This document shows, piece after piece, positions 24,901-37,829 of a stretch of DNA of 64,000 nucleotides (the stretch's first letter is position 1; the number at the start of each line of letters is the position of its first letter). The notes beneath the pieces are model-generated. The model was not told the origin of the DNA and did no database searches. It saw only the letters and a list, made by a program, of their open reading frames with translations. Made by a program: the position numbers and the translations under genes. Source of the DNA: Somniosus microcephalus. Taxonomy: Eukaryota. The stretch lies in assembly GCA_052327205.1 (NCBI GenBank), contig CM126203.1:100750001-100814000 (forward strand), given 5' to 3'.

Positions 24901-25813
24901 GGGTGATTTTAGATACAATGCAATATTTTGCAATTTCAGAAACCGTTATTAGTGCTCATGAATTTTACAATGGGACACTGATATTCAAGTAAGGTCGATA
25001 CAATGAAATTAACTTTTAAAATCATTGGGACTCATTCGAAACGTAATTAATTATGGGCTTCATTCTTGCTGTTGTCAATGTTTCCAAAATGTAACTATAA
25101 ACCAAATAACAGGAACAACCTTAACTAAGGGAGGTTACAGGAAGCGTTGCTGAGCACAAAAAAGCGCTTTAATCGTAAACACGCTGGACTTTTGTGCTTG
25201 ATGAGCGAATATAAGTCGAGGGGAACCTCTGGTATTATGATGACCGAAAGAGGTAGAATCTGGTAATTACGGCTATGATTCGCAAGGTATTGGCATTTCA
25301 AATGTATTTTCCACTGGGTATACAAGATACATTTTAAATTCCCAATGAATACCTTTGTTTCTCAAGTCAAGTAACTACACGCATAAAACTTAGGACCGGT
25401 CAAAAGGCAACATTTTCAAAATAAAAGTGATAATTTAACATATTGCAATGCTGCAGACCGATAAAAATATGGTTTAAAACATTCAAAGCAGACAAAAGTG
25501 ACCAGCTCAACTTTTAAAAGCTGTATATTTAACAGACGAACTGAATTCTGTAACAGAAATCAGAATCGGTATTGAATAAATATTGCATTTTCTTCAAAAT
25601 GTATACAACAAAATATCTATTGCAATTATAGTGGCATCTGTATGGTAGCTAAGTCGTTGCTATTTTGCTACTTTCTAATGAATGCAAGAGGTCCTGCCCT
25701 CTGATGTATACGAGGCAACGTTATGTGTATCAGCAGCTGCTCTGGGGTTAAAATTTGGTGTATTTAAGAGCTGTCATTTAAACACAGTCCCAGATGTGTC
25801 AGCGCCGTCTTAC

Positions 25814-25950
25814 CTTGGGGTCTAGTTTTTTATAACTGGGATCTTCGTCGTCCACCTCGAAGTAGAGCTCGGAAGAGGTGATTGACAGGGTTCCCTTAGC
25901 AACTACAGCCGGAGCGATGAGCTGGACAGCAGTGGTGAAATTCACAGGTC
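25814..25950 (-). CDS. LRBA: LRBA internal coding exon (137 bp; start of the PH domain preceding BEACH)
   Basis: Acceptor ctattcccAG and donor AAG|GTAAG. It encodes (G)PVNFTTAVQLIAPAVVAKGTLSITSSELYFEVDDEDPSYKKLDPK. SSELYFEVDxEDP is LRBA-like (NBEA has TTEIYFEVDEDD, from recall), and the nested paralog is MAB21L2. Confidence 0.93.
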
Positions 25951-27029
25951 CTGGGAATAGGTGAACAGGATAGCTTACTAACAATTGTTCGTTTTATTCA
26001 TATCAAGTAAGAAAAAGCTTCATCAAAAATATGATTTTCAAGCAAATATAGAGAGGCAGTAAGAAAGACATCCACAAATAAATCTGAAATTTAAACAAAT
26101 CACAATACACCGTGTGTAAACATTACACTAGTGATGTATTGAGAATTAAAAACGATTGGTTTTAGCACAGCCGGGCCTGTACATATTCAGAATTTGCAAA
26201 GGAATTTGCTGTAATTATAATCACTTCGTTTACACATTTTGATTTAACAACCTGTAGGATGACCCGTTAAAATGTAGCTATCTTATTTACCAATACTTAA
26301 TACTCACATAACTTACACTACAGCTAAAATGTATATTTTGCTTAATACGTTTGGAAATGGTCAATGCACTAGAATTGGAACAATGATTGCTTAAGAAAAT
26401 CACATTTTAACTCTATACGCGGAACAGCTTTTATGGGAATTGCCGTTGTTTTGAGATGCCGGGAATGCACATTTCACAGCTGCCCAGTTGGTTTACAGCT
26501 GAATGCACTTCATTGTAATAATCACTAAGTACAAAGGGATTTATAGAAGGGATATCATTTCGCAACAAGAGCATTGAGCCATTAGCTATAAACATACAAA
26601 ACCGATATAAGTGTTTTATCTGATGTGCTCCAAAAGACAGAATTATGAAAGCTATGTTAAGGGAAAAGGTGAAGGGAAAACATAGATCTAATAATGCACA
26701 CAGCATGTTTAACGCATTTACGTCATAAAATATTTTATATATTGGAAGCAACTTATAGGCTGAAATACAGTAGTAACCATTATTTTGTTATACGTTTATT
26801 TTTAATATTTGATTTAGGAAATGTATAAACTATCGCTGACCATGGTAACTGATATCGTGAAATTTAACGAGGACAATAGAGCTTTCGCAACAACCCAATA
26901 TGAATTTACTGAAAGAAGCAGCGCTCCTGGGCCATATCTCATACTGCGGCCTGTGCAGATTTCAGAAGCGCTAAAGTTCGCTACTACACTGATGGCTTTA
27001 TATTAAAAAAAATATACACGACATCAAAT

Positions 27030-27570
27030 CAGGTTCACTCGACGAACTGGTGGAGGTAATCATTCTGTGAGTAATTGCCAAAAAATTTCCAAATTAATTG
27101 TCATTTTCATTGATTGCTTAGACCCGAGTAGTCTTTAATCTCTCATCAATCTTAATGTATGCCACCTCGACAATAGCGGGCGATTCTCATGTGAGATTAG
27201 AGCAGGATTTGCCCTCTATTCCCAGTCTACAATATACTGTGTTTGCAGATGGTCAGCAGATAGATACAAAACCGCCTTGATTTCCCCAAGCTCTTTCAAA
27301 AATGGATGGAATCACCATCTCGTGTTCTCTGCCGTCTCGCCGTGCCCTTAATGCATTAACATGTAATACAGGAGAGAAATAACATTTTTCAATCACGGTG
27401 AGACATTCAATTACAATGAGAACACAGCAGCCATCTGCAATGATCTGGCATTGCACACAGCCCATGGGCTCCTATAGGAGACCCCTGATAACTTCCAGTT
27501 AATTTACACTACAGACTTTATTAGAAAGGATTACTGCTTAATCCTATTCCCAATGTCAAGATTTTATAAT
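27030..27570. promoter_or_regulatory. candidate enhancer with K50-homeodomain (Otx/Crx/Pitx-type) site cluster
   Basis: GGATTA-N5-TAATCC at 27528-27544, TAATCT at 27136-27141, AGATTA at 27194-27199, and several TAAT cores in unique intronic DNA. Confidence 0.45.
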
Positions 27571-28019
27571 TAAACCCTGCTCTCACCCCTTTACACTGTC
27601 TACTGCGGATATCTGCGCTGTATTGGGAAAGTGGCTACATCGCAAAATAATTTCACACTTGTTACTTTAGTTGAGGGCGAAGTTGAAAACAAAATTTAAA
27701 CAGCAAATAGTGTTATTTACCTATACATCTGTAGATGAAATCATTTTAAATGAACAGTTCCAAAGTCAAGCACTATACAACGCATTTTTAATGAACGTGG
27801 CTGTTTCCATGTCGTGTTGTAATACAGAAGATCCCAAACACTAAATGTATAATTTATAAATGTGTTACCGCATACATGGTATAGACATAACACGTCGCTG
27901 GGTTTTATTTCCTCGAATTATGTTTACTATAAATACGGTTTCAAACACTAATTTGATGATGTCAATAATTGCTAATCTCTATTACCACTTTAGGAACATT
28001 TCCCTCTGTACTACAAGCT

Positions 28020-28490
28020 ATCTTCCCCCCTTTGCCTTCAGACGAGCAGCCCCCTCTCCCCCGCACCTGACCACAGAAAGTATTCTCAGTCTACTTTTTT
28101 TTCTGCCCCCTCTCGCAGCGGTGGCAGCAATCCGGTTCCAACCGCACCCTAGCGGAAAGATCAATCCTCCTTCCTTGCACCCAGCATTGGCAGCTATCCC
28201 CTTCCCTCTCCAGCGCTGCTCCTCGTTTCCCCTTTCCAATTGCCAGTGTGGTGACATCCGAGCTCCCTCCCCACCCTCCACGGCCGGAGATGGCAGCAAA
28301 TCGTCGCCCACCTGCCCTGAAATTCAGTCACAGAGTCGGTCGCTATGTACAGGGGCATCCTAAAGAATGTGATATCGCGAAACATATCGACCAGATCAGT
28401 TTTTCCTTTTGTAGTCTTGAGAAACCTTCGGCCAAGTTCCCATCTGTCCCGAGTTATTCCTGGAGTTATCTACCGGGAGGCGACTGCATT
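28020..28490. other. small GC/CpG-rich intronic island
   Basis: C-rich, CpG-dense patch between the two LRBA exons; the overlapping ORFs show no recognisable homology. Confidence 0.4.
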
Positions 28491-29372
28491 TAAAAAAAAC
28501 TCATTCTCATGCGATATGAAACCAATTTATTTATTATGGACGTTATTTTCCCTAATTTAACTGTTATCAAGTAGTTAAGACATTACTCCACAGATAACTG
28601 GTGGAAGGTGAGGAATGGGGAAATACTACAGATGTCAGCTATAAAGTGAAATCCCAAGTTGAAGTAATTTGTTTTGCTATTAAACAATAAGGGCACACGC
28701 CATGCGGACTTTTTGAGTATCACATCTGAATGATGTGGACGATAACTTGTAAACGCATTTTGTTCAACTAAATAATACGATCAAGAAGGGGAACTTGTTT
28801 CTATTTACAATTTGTGGCTTGATGGCTTTTCGCCGTATTTCTAAAGTCAGATTTGACCAAACCTAATTGCATTTTACGATGATTGAGCGTCTGTATGAAC
28901 CGAATCAGGTAACCATTATGTGGTTGGATAGGCAATGGGCAACGCTGGCACTGACTCGCCCTCCGCTTGCTTTTTTCATAGAAAGAGCTGGTTCTTAGGT
29001 TGTGGGGAGTCGGGTCCGAACATAAAGTTATAAAGTTATAGACGGCAAGAACTACCATCAGTCACTGTCGTTCTGGGCACTTAAAAATCTCTCGACAAGC
29101 CATGTCATTTCATTGCAAACTTTTCAAGGTGAGTAGAAATGAAGTGCAAGGAGACAACCCAGGCACACAGGGAAATGCGGAAAGTCAAATGCTAATGTAA
29201 TGTTGGAGCTTCTGATACAATTGCGAAGGAAAATGATATTTTTATTGGCTTCATTAGGATCAGGCCAATTCATCACTGTCCCAGCAACAGTCCCCGGACT
29301 GAGCTTGTGAAATTACACAAGGAGCTTTAGTTGGAACGTTAGGCTGGTGTAAAGAAAGGCAAATTATTTTAC

Positions 29373-29519
29373 CCGCCATGTTATCAATCTCCTTCTCTTC
29401 CAGTGAAGTGAGCGTATCGTCGTCTCCCTCCAGCAGAATCTCGCTCTCGGAGTTCTGGTTGCCCACAGCCTGGGTCCGAATGGACTGTCTGCCTTTAACC
29501 AGCACATCCTCTTCAGAAC
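29373..29519 (-). CDS. LRBA: LRBA internal coding exon (147 bp, phase 1-1)
   Basis: Acceptor tgttggcAG and donor G|GTAAAA. It encodes SEEDVLVKGRQSIRTQAVGNQNSESEILLEGDDDTLTSLEEKEIDNMA(G) and splices in frame (G|GA = Gly) to the 25814-25950 exon. Confidence 0.93.
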
Positions 29520-32500
29520 CTGCCAACACACACAGCCCAGGCCGATGAGAAACTAAGCAACAGTCAAAAATCTAAATCATCACAATAAAAACCACCGCTT
29601 ATAGGCGATTAGTTCAATATTTCATTAAAAAATAACGAGACATTTCCACCCTCTTCAACGTTTGATAATCTCTACTTCAAAAATAGTTGGTTTTATGCGA
29701 AGTTCCACTGCTGGTACTAGAAGCTGCCATGTTTCTGTGCGGTTTTCAACTAATTTTATTTAAGCAGATCTAGAAGAGCGTTGCTCACATTTGAATTTGA
29801 TTATTTCGTCTTCATTTTAATAACTCTTATTTTTCTATGGATTTATAACGCATCCGATATTAAAATCGAATGGTGTTCACCAGATCCCAAGTTATGGATT
29901 TCTACTGTGTACAGAGAACCGGCTTACTACCAGGCTATAGCTTTATGGAGAACAGTTGTGCTTTCTTCAATCTATTTTATATCACAATAAATCTGCATTT
30001 CACACAAATAGGGGACGCTATAGAGCGGCGTGAACATTCATACAACCGTCACTCGCACTGAACAAAATAAAACAAAACACACCGACAAGAGAAGCAGCAT
30101 TGCATAAACACCAGGACAATATAAAGCGAGTAATTATTATTCATGGGTTGTATGCGATAGACTGGTAAAGCGATTTCCCTTTTTAAAAAGGAAACTTGTT
30201 ACGAAACTTCAACACTTTATTCCAGGTAATATTTAATACGCAAGACTAAAGTTAACACACTGCAAACCTTAGGCTTCGGCTCCTTAACCGCCCTCCGCCA
30301 CAGGTTTCATGTGAGAACAAATGACCATTAACTGACGAAGGCTTCGTTTCAGCAGCTATCTAAAACTTGGTACTTTTTCACCGACTCCAATTGTTAAGTA
30401 TTTGCTCTGAGGTCTTCCAATTGTAATTACAAAAACAAAGCATTTACAATACTTCAAAACAATTTAACGCCACGGAGATTAAGGGAAGGAAGTCAGCTCA
30501 AGATTTACCGTGTAGAAACGCTACCAACTCTTGCTCTATTTGGCAAAATGATTAAAATTCTGAAAGTCAACCTCCTATTAAACTCAGTTCATAATGATTT
30601 TAGATACAAAGGCGTAAGTCAGAATGACAAACCAGCTATATGGCAGTTCACTTTTTGTTGTTCTTTATTAATACGCGATAACTTTTATGAAATGCAAGGA
30701 AGACTTCAATGAAACCCTCCTTGGGACAAGTCATTTAATTTAGCACAGTAGTTTAACGTATAAAAAGTTGTCTAAAACGCTAAAGTTTTTTGTCTGCGGT
30801 ACACGAATGAAACATCAAATCTTATATTATATGCTAAAATAGATAAGATTTATGTATTAAAGAGGGAGTTGAAACACTTGTAAAAATCCTATTCACGTGG
30901 TGATTCTAACAGGCAAACACTCCTTAAATGCTGATTTAGTACTCAGCAGTTTTATAACATTTTGTTTTGGAATTTCTTGCGTTCAAAAAAGCGTTTAGAT
31001 TGGATCACAAACTATATCTAAATAAAGGCAATGCCATAAATGAAAATTAAAATGTGCACCTAAAACATAACATTTCCATCAATATTAGTGAGGATGAAGG
31101 GCTGAAACAACAGATGGTGCGCCACCTTGACTGCATTCTCCCTTCCAATTCTAACACATTTAAATATGCTTCCACAAAACAAGTTCCAGAAAGTGCTGAA
31201 CAGTTTGCCAGAAACAGCTCAAGCCCATAATTCCTCATAGTTAGGGTTATTATGAATACTTAATTGCAGTATTTTAAAACATCATCCAAATCGTTTTATT
31301 AATAAACCCAACACACTATTCTACAGGGTGAGCACCAAGTCCTACAAAACTGGATCACATTTTTAAATTATACTTTCCCTTTAACTTCATGCCATTACCC
31401 CTCGTTAGAACATCATGTCACATTGCTAAAATTCCTAAAAGACTAATCCTCAGGAAAGTCGAGGAGAAATATCAAAACAATTACAACGCTTAGATTTCTG
31501 ACATTTCAAAAACTAAAAACACATCCCAAAGTTTCCTAACTGTGGTTAATCCCAATTTTGCGACATGTACAATGTGGATCTTATTTACTAAAATGTTTTC
31601 CTACCATTTCAACTTTTAATATGTTAGCTTTTCTATTAGGCATTGCACTGGCAGATATTCAAACATCTCTTCACACAATATTAGCCTTCTTGTTAGAATA
31701 TCAAATATTTAGCAATATCTTACATACTTCCACTCTTCAGCAAATTAAACAAAATACAACCACAATCATGCCCTAACTCCTTGCTCTCCATTATGGGCTC
31801 TTGGTAGTGCAGGTACACTCCTTAGAGGAATGCAAAGCATCAGTACTGAATTATACGTCTGTCTCTCACTGCTCTCTACCAGGGCAATGTAGTGCTCTGT
31901 ACATTATTACTTAATGCACAAGCAGAGCTCATGTACACCACATGCTCATCAACATCAGGTTGCCAGCGAATTTTTAAAAATGAGTAAACGGTGAGCATGG
32001 TCATGTTGATGTTTGAACATTAAAATGTAAATGCGGTTCATGAGATCTCTACATTAAAAAATTTACTTCACCCGTATTTCAATTACACTGTAGCAGATAT
32101 GGAGCCCAAAAGGAGAGACTAACTTCTTCAGATGATGTCAAACTGCTTGTTGAAACACAAATTGCCTTCAAAGTAAGTATACTGCATCAATGCAAAGCAG
32201 TTCTGCAGAAACTGCGATATGACTTTCTTATTATGATCCAAATTTAACTATATTATGTGATACCAAATGATCCAAACCTATCACATTTCAATTATTCACC
32301 ATTTGCTAAACTATTTAATTGGTCTTCATTGTCGTTTTTTTCTCTCTCTTCCTTCACTCTAGCTTTAATACCTGGAAGAAGCATTAAATTTCTTATAATT
32401 ACGGAGCTAGGGCCTCGACTGTCTCTAAAATACAACAAACACAAACATTACATCATATTTTGGTTCATTCCAGTCTAGCAAAGCTGTGTTTAGTTTACCA

Positions 32501-33391
32501 AAGTCTTGCTTGCCACAAAAAATATGCAATTTGACTGTGATTATCTCATGAAAACAAAGCAATTCAATCAATTAGCATACCACAGTAATACAGTCCCCCG
32601 TGGCATGCTAAATCAGTCACATTTCAAATTTGGCTTCCAAATACAATGCAGTTCTTTTTCCAGATTGCTTTACAACATACAGGTAAATATTACAATTTAA
32701 TTTGGTTAATTAAAAACTCAAATGGTCTCCAAAATTCCACTCAATTGCAGTAAGTTCACTTTTTAAAAAATCTACATAAAATAGCAAATTATCAAAGGTC
32801 TGAAAAAGCAATTAGTAGGACATGAAATACTTAAACCAAGCTGCTCAGTTTGTGTAGGGAAGACAAATTGTCAAGGATTTTTGTAAATTGTTAATTCAAA
32901 GATAAAAAATTGCTTGCTGTGAGAAAAAAAATCCCGTACAAATATTTAACATGGTCTTCCTGCAACTAAATGTCCCTTGAGATTCTTCATTTAGCAGCAG
33001 TATTACAGTATCCCAATATATACCACATGCAAGGCTAGTTACAGCTCATAGCCAGCACTGGGTTACAACACTTTTAGTACTTTTAATATTTTATTAAAAA
33101 ATCCTGACCTGCCAGTGTTAGAGCAAATAAAATCTAACATGCCTTTATAATAAACATTTCAATGAGAAGTATTTTCAGCTTTAGATAGACAAAAAATGTG
33201 TAGTTAACTCAAAAGTCAAGTCACCACAATCAAATTCTGGCAAGCGGTGCAAACTGCATTGAAGAGATTGTCTCACATGCTCGCGCTTTGCACCAGCTGC
33301 AGTACAACTCTTACCAGTACAAACTGAAGATTAAAAAAGGTTAAAAAAAATGAAGTTATAAAAAGTCATTTCCTTATCAACATTAAAAATA

Positions 33392-33900
33392 TCTCTCTCT
33401 CTCTTAGGCAGTCCCTCGGAACCGAGGATGACTTGCTTCCACAATAAAAATGAGTTCGCAGGTGACTGATGAGTCCAATGCGGGACCTACAGTCTCTGTC
33501 ACAGGTGGGGCAGACGGTGGTTGAAGGGGCGGGTGGGTGAGGTGCTTGGGTTGATGTGCGCTCTTTGTGCTGCCTGCGCTTGGCTTCCGCTTGCTCCCGG
33601 CGAAGAGACTCGAGGTGTTCGGCACCTTCCCGGGTGCTTCTCCTCCACTTTGTGCGGTCTTGGGCCAGGGATTCCCAAGTGTCAGTGGGGATGTTACACT
33701 TTTTCAAGGAGGCTTTGAGGGTGTCCTTGAAGCATTTCCTCTGCCCACCTGGGGCTCTCTTGCCGTGCCAGAGCTCCGAGTAGAGCGCTTGTTTTGGGAG
33801 TCTCGTATCGGGCTTGCGGACAGTGTGACCCGTCCATCGGAGCTGATTGAGCGTGGTCAAAGCTTCGATGCTGGGGATGTTGGCCTGAGCAAGAACACTG
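33392..33900 (-). mobile_element. RTE-clade LINE 3' fragment
   Basis: QLRWTGHTVRKPDTRLPKQALYSEL...GGQRKCFKDTLK motif, a C-terminal C2H2-like finger CPTCDRDCRSRIGLISHLRTH, and a short (GA)n tail. Confidence 0.88.
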
Positions 33901-35711
33901 ATGTATTAAAAATATAACCAGTATTTGGATGCCAGTGATTGGGGCTCCATACATACAAGTTCTACTTGTTTAACCAGAGAGAAATGCTGAGTTGGCAACA
34001 TAACTCAGCTTGCTGTTGTTCTGAGATGATGCCTGTATCTACAGTATAACCACCATAGAACAAAGTCCAAAATAACAAATCCAGCATTAGGTACTAAATT
34101 CTAATGCATATAATACATTTAGGAAAACAATAAAAAAAATAACAGAATAATGAACAATTTATATTGTGTGAAACAGAACAAAGTAATCCATGTAGCACAC
34201 AGATAGTGAAGCACAAATAGCAGCAATAGTTACAACACAAAAGGATCCATGCATTTTCTTTTACCAGTGTCCTTTAAATTCTCTTAAAATCAGCCCTGGG
34301 AAATGCAATTAAATTGTCAGAATTAACAAATTTGTTTTTAACAAGAGAGTGGCCTGAAGTACAATGGTGGGTCTGGTATTGATCGGCAGCACAGGGAACA
34401 TTACTCTTCAGGTATTTACTCTGCCACCTCCACACCAGAGGCCTTACTTCAGACCAAATCAATCCCAAGAAAAGATGGCTCTTTTCAGCAATAAATACAT
34501 AACTAGCCTCAGCAGAACTACATTGCTCTGGGATATTTTATAGTAAACTGTTCTAAAGTTCTAGCCTGGTTTAAACAATTGCATATATACCCAGGTCCAT
34601 AGACAGAAAGCAGATCTCTCTAAAAAGCTACTGTTAAAACAAGAAAGAACATTGTAAAGAAAATGAACGTTTTGCAGAAATCCTTTTCGTTATTAAACAA
34701 GGTAAACAGGTAAAGGTAAATGCCATAATTTATACACATTTACAGATGGTAAGACATTGCAACCTAAATAAGACAATTTAACAGGGAAACCTTTCTAAAT
34801 CCTTTCATCTGTTGAGCAGCGTCTTCCCTGTAAATATAATCTAATTTCTAAACAAATCTATGTAATATTGGTTCATATTCACAAATTCAAACACCAACTC
34901 AATATGCTGTGTACTTGGTATTATAAAGTAACAAGGCCACCCGTAAAAAAATGAAAGCAGGAAATTTGAATATCTTAAAATAAAAGTGTGTAAAAATGCT
35001 GATTTACACATTTATAAGTAAAAATATTCAAAACTTACTGCTATAATTTTATGTGGCCGTACTACCTTTTAACACCAAGTACACAGTGCATTGAGTTGGA
35101 GTTTGAACTTAGGTATATAATGCCACAGTTACCATTTCACACTGTTATGATTTTGAGAATGATGTGGACATGATGCACTGTACTCGGAACAGGAAAATCG
35201 GAGTTCTGTCCATGTGTTCGTAAATGTATCCACAGAGCTCTACTTACCAGTGTCAAAATGCTGGGCAATTTGCTGTTTGCTGGTGCTAGAATATTCATGA
35301 AATATTTGATGTCAGAAAGGAATCAGTCAGCTCTTTGCTAACATTAAAAATGTTATTTAATGCTGGGCTAAAGCTCTAATTTTCTGATTAGTCATATTAC
35401 TATACGTGAGTTGAAGTGGACAAACTATTTTACTAAAAAAAACCTGTGATTTGTCTTCTGTAGGCAACTAGAGGGCCAGAGAAAGAAATAGACACAAAGG
35501 AGACACCACAAAACACTCAAAATATACAAGTACTGAGGATGTGGTTCCTCAATCCTTTTTCTTCCCAACTCATTTTACAGACCTGGGTTCTACCGTGGTG
35601 TCTAAGCACTCGGATACTGGGTTCGTTTTTTGTGAACAACGTAGAAAAGCTTTTGTGAGTATTTGGTAGGATTAAAAGTAGAAGTTAAAACCCACTACAA
35701 TTGTTCTAGTC

Positions 35712-35888
35712 AACAACAGCAACAACTTGTATTTATATAGCGCCTTTAACATAGTAAACGCCTTTAACGTAGTAAAACATCCCAAAGCGCCTTTAACGTA
35801 GTAAAACATCATAAAGCGCTTCACAGGAGTTTATAAAACAAAATTTGACACCAAGCCACAAAAGGAGAAATTAGGGCAGATGACCAAT
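35712..35888 (-). mobile_element. L2 3' tail fragment with a local tandem duplication
   Basis: Matches the L2 tails at 356 and 60792; GCCTTTAAC(A/G)TAGTAAA occurs three times. Confidence 0.75.
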
Positions 35889-35946
35889 AGTCAGCTACTG
35901 TTATATTTAAGCCAGGGAAACAGTGGCACAGTGGGTTAATATATTA

Positions 35947-36018
35947 CAAAAGCAAAATACTGCAGATGCTGGAAATACTCAGGTCAGGCAGCATCTGTAC
36001 AGCGAGAAACAGAGTTAA
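35947..36018. mobile_element. Penelope-associated terminal fragment, left part (continues at 37786-37818)
   Basis: Similar to 41350-41480 (gatgctggaaat...ggcagcatc...gagaaacagagttaa...tttcaggtcga...cagaact); interrupted by the Harbinger-like element. Confidence 0.6.
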
Positions 36019-37785
36019 GGGCCGAGATTTTGAGGGGGTCAGTGGCTGCGATTGGTGGCGGGGCGGGTGGGAAAGTGGTTTTTCTCCCCAGCGGGTCAGG
36101 ACCCCGCTGACACATGCCTTTCCCTGATGTCGGGTCGGTCAGCGCCGAGCAGACCCGACACGCAGCGGCAGGGGACCCAATTCAGGTAATTATGACCTTG
36201 TTTAGAGATCATTAAGAACACATTTGAGCTCACCTTTTGATTTTACGTGCTCACCCATGTGGTTCTTGCTGCTCGGGGACCACGTCCGTTAAGCTGAGGC
36301 GGGAGTTCAGTGGTCATTGAATCAGTTGTTGAGTTGACAGCTTCAAATGTACAGTAAAAGCTCCCACCTTACAGAGATATCTTCCCTTAGCCATAAGCTC
36401 TTCCTCACTGCATTTCACAGATTCACCATGCTGCAAGTCTTTACACAAGTCTCCATCCAGTCTGACTTCATTCCCTCTCTCACCATTGACAGATCACTTC
36501 TGTCATCTCTACTTCACCTGCCATCTATTCCATCAGCATGGGTGCCCTTTATAATCTCTCACCTTGGTCCTCAGAATCCCACCACAATCAGCCCCAACAC
36601 CAGCAGCACCAGGCACACCAACAGCACCAGCACCACCGCCAACCTTCTCTGCAATCAACTGATGCTACACAGGACAGAGGGCATCAGCACCCAACCACAT
36701 TGCTGCCCAGGAGGCCAGGGATGGCCTCACCATGGCCAGATTTACTTCACTTGATGCTGTACACCCTGGCTGCCACATGATGCACCAGGTTAGCACCACC
36801 CCACACCACCACCATAAAGCATCCCAACAATGCCCAAGCCATTCCTTTCACACTCATCACCATTGTGGGGGGTACCGTTATGTTACACCATTCACTGCAA
36901 CTCACGAAGCCACTTCCAAAGGTGCACACAAATCTGTCCAAGAACTCAAAAGTGTTGAAAATAAAGGTTTCAATGTTTGGCACCACATTAACAGAAACTT
37001 TACATGAACATTGCATAAAACACCCAAGTGCCTACCCTCGTGTGTTGTTAGTTGGTATGATTGCACTAGGATGAGGGTGAGTGTAAGGAGTGGCTAGTGA
37101 GATGGAGATGTGATAATATAGATAGCGAGGGATGGGTGGAGGTCCAAGGTACGTTGGTGTGAGTAAGGATGTGTAAATAGGGAAGGCAGAGTGATGGGGA
37201 TGTGATCAGAGGCACAGCAGGATGAGGTTGAGTGTGGCTTTGTACTAATGTTCCGTGATCTACTGCGATCATTGAAACGTTGGTGGCACTGCAGCCTGGT
37301 CCTCCGGACGACATCCCTGCTTGTGTCCTCCTGTGCAATGTGCAACCAGGCTGTGCTGATCTCCTGGGGAGGTCTCTTCCGCCCATGGGAAGGGAAAAGG
37401 ACCTCCCTGCATGCTGTGACTTATGCTTATGGAGGGAGTCATGGGAGAGCCTGGATGCAGCCCTGCACCTCTGTGCAGTCATTGTCAGTGTTTGCAGCAC
37501 TTCAATGCCGTAGAACAGTGACAGCACAAATGTCAAAATAAATTTGGACATGGTCCTTTTAAGGAAACCAGCTGATGACGTGTCATCAAATGACGTCACC
37601 AGACCTGCTTCCTCTAATTGGCCAGGAAACGCACTGGGCGGGCTTAACAAGCCCAATCAAGGTAAATTAATTTCAGACAGCGGGATGGAGCCAGCAATGG
37701 GGTCGGGACCCACTACCGACGATGCCCGCCACTCGCTACCAACGATGCCAGCCACAGACCCGCCGAGGTAAGCAAAGTCGCGGCC
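36019..37785. mobile_element. PIF/Harbinger-type DNA transposon, internally deleted
   Basis: Imperfect TIRs (GGGCCGAGATTT ... AAAGTCGCGGCC), inserted after TAA. The minus strand at about 37250-37490 holds a frameshifted Myb/SANT-like remnant (REVLFPSHGRKRPP...AWLHIAQE...RRTRLQCHQRFND). The plus strand has a possible transposase C-terminus (AAQEARDGLTMARF, about 36700-36745). Confidence 0.72.
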
Positions 37786-37829
37786 AACATTTCAGGTCGA
37801 TGACCTTTCATCAGAACTCAATAAATAAA

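Noticed and set aside
27860-28560. Cluster of ORFs up to 167 aa
   Set aside because: Low-complexity, stop-poor GC patch with no homology or convincing splice structure.
36347-37016. His/Gln/Thr-rich ORFs as a host gene
   Set aside because: They lie inside the Harbinger-like element and reflect CAC/CAG low complexity.
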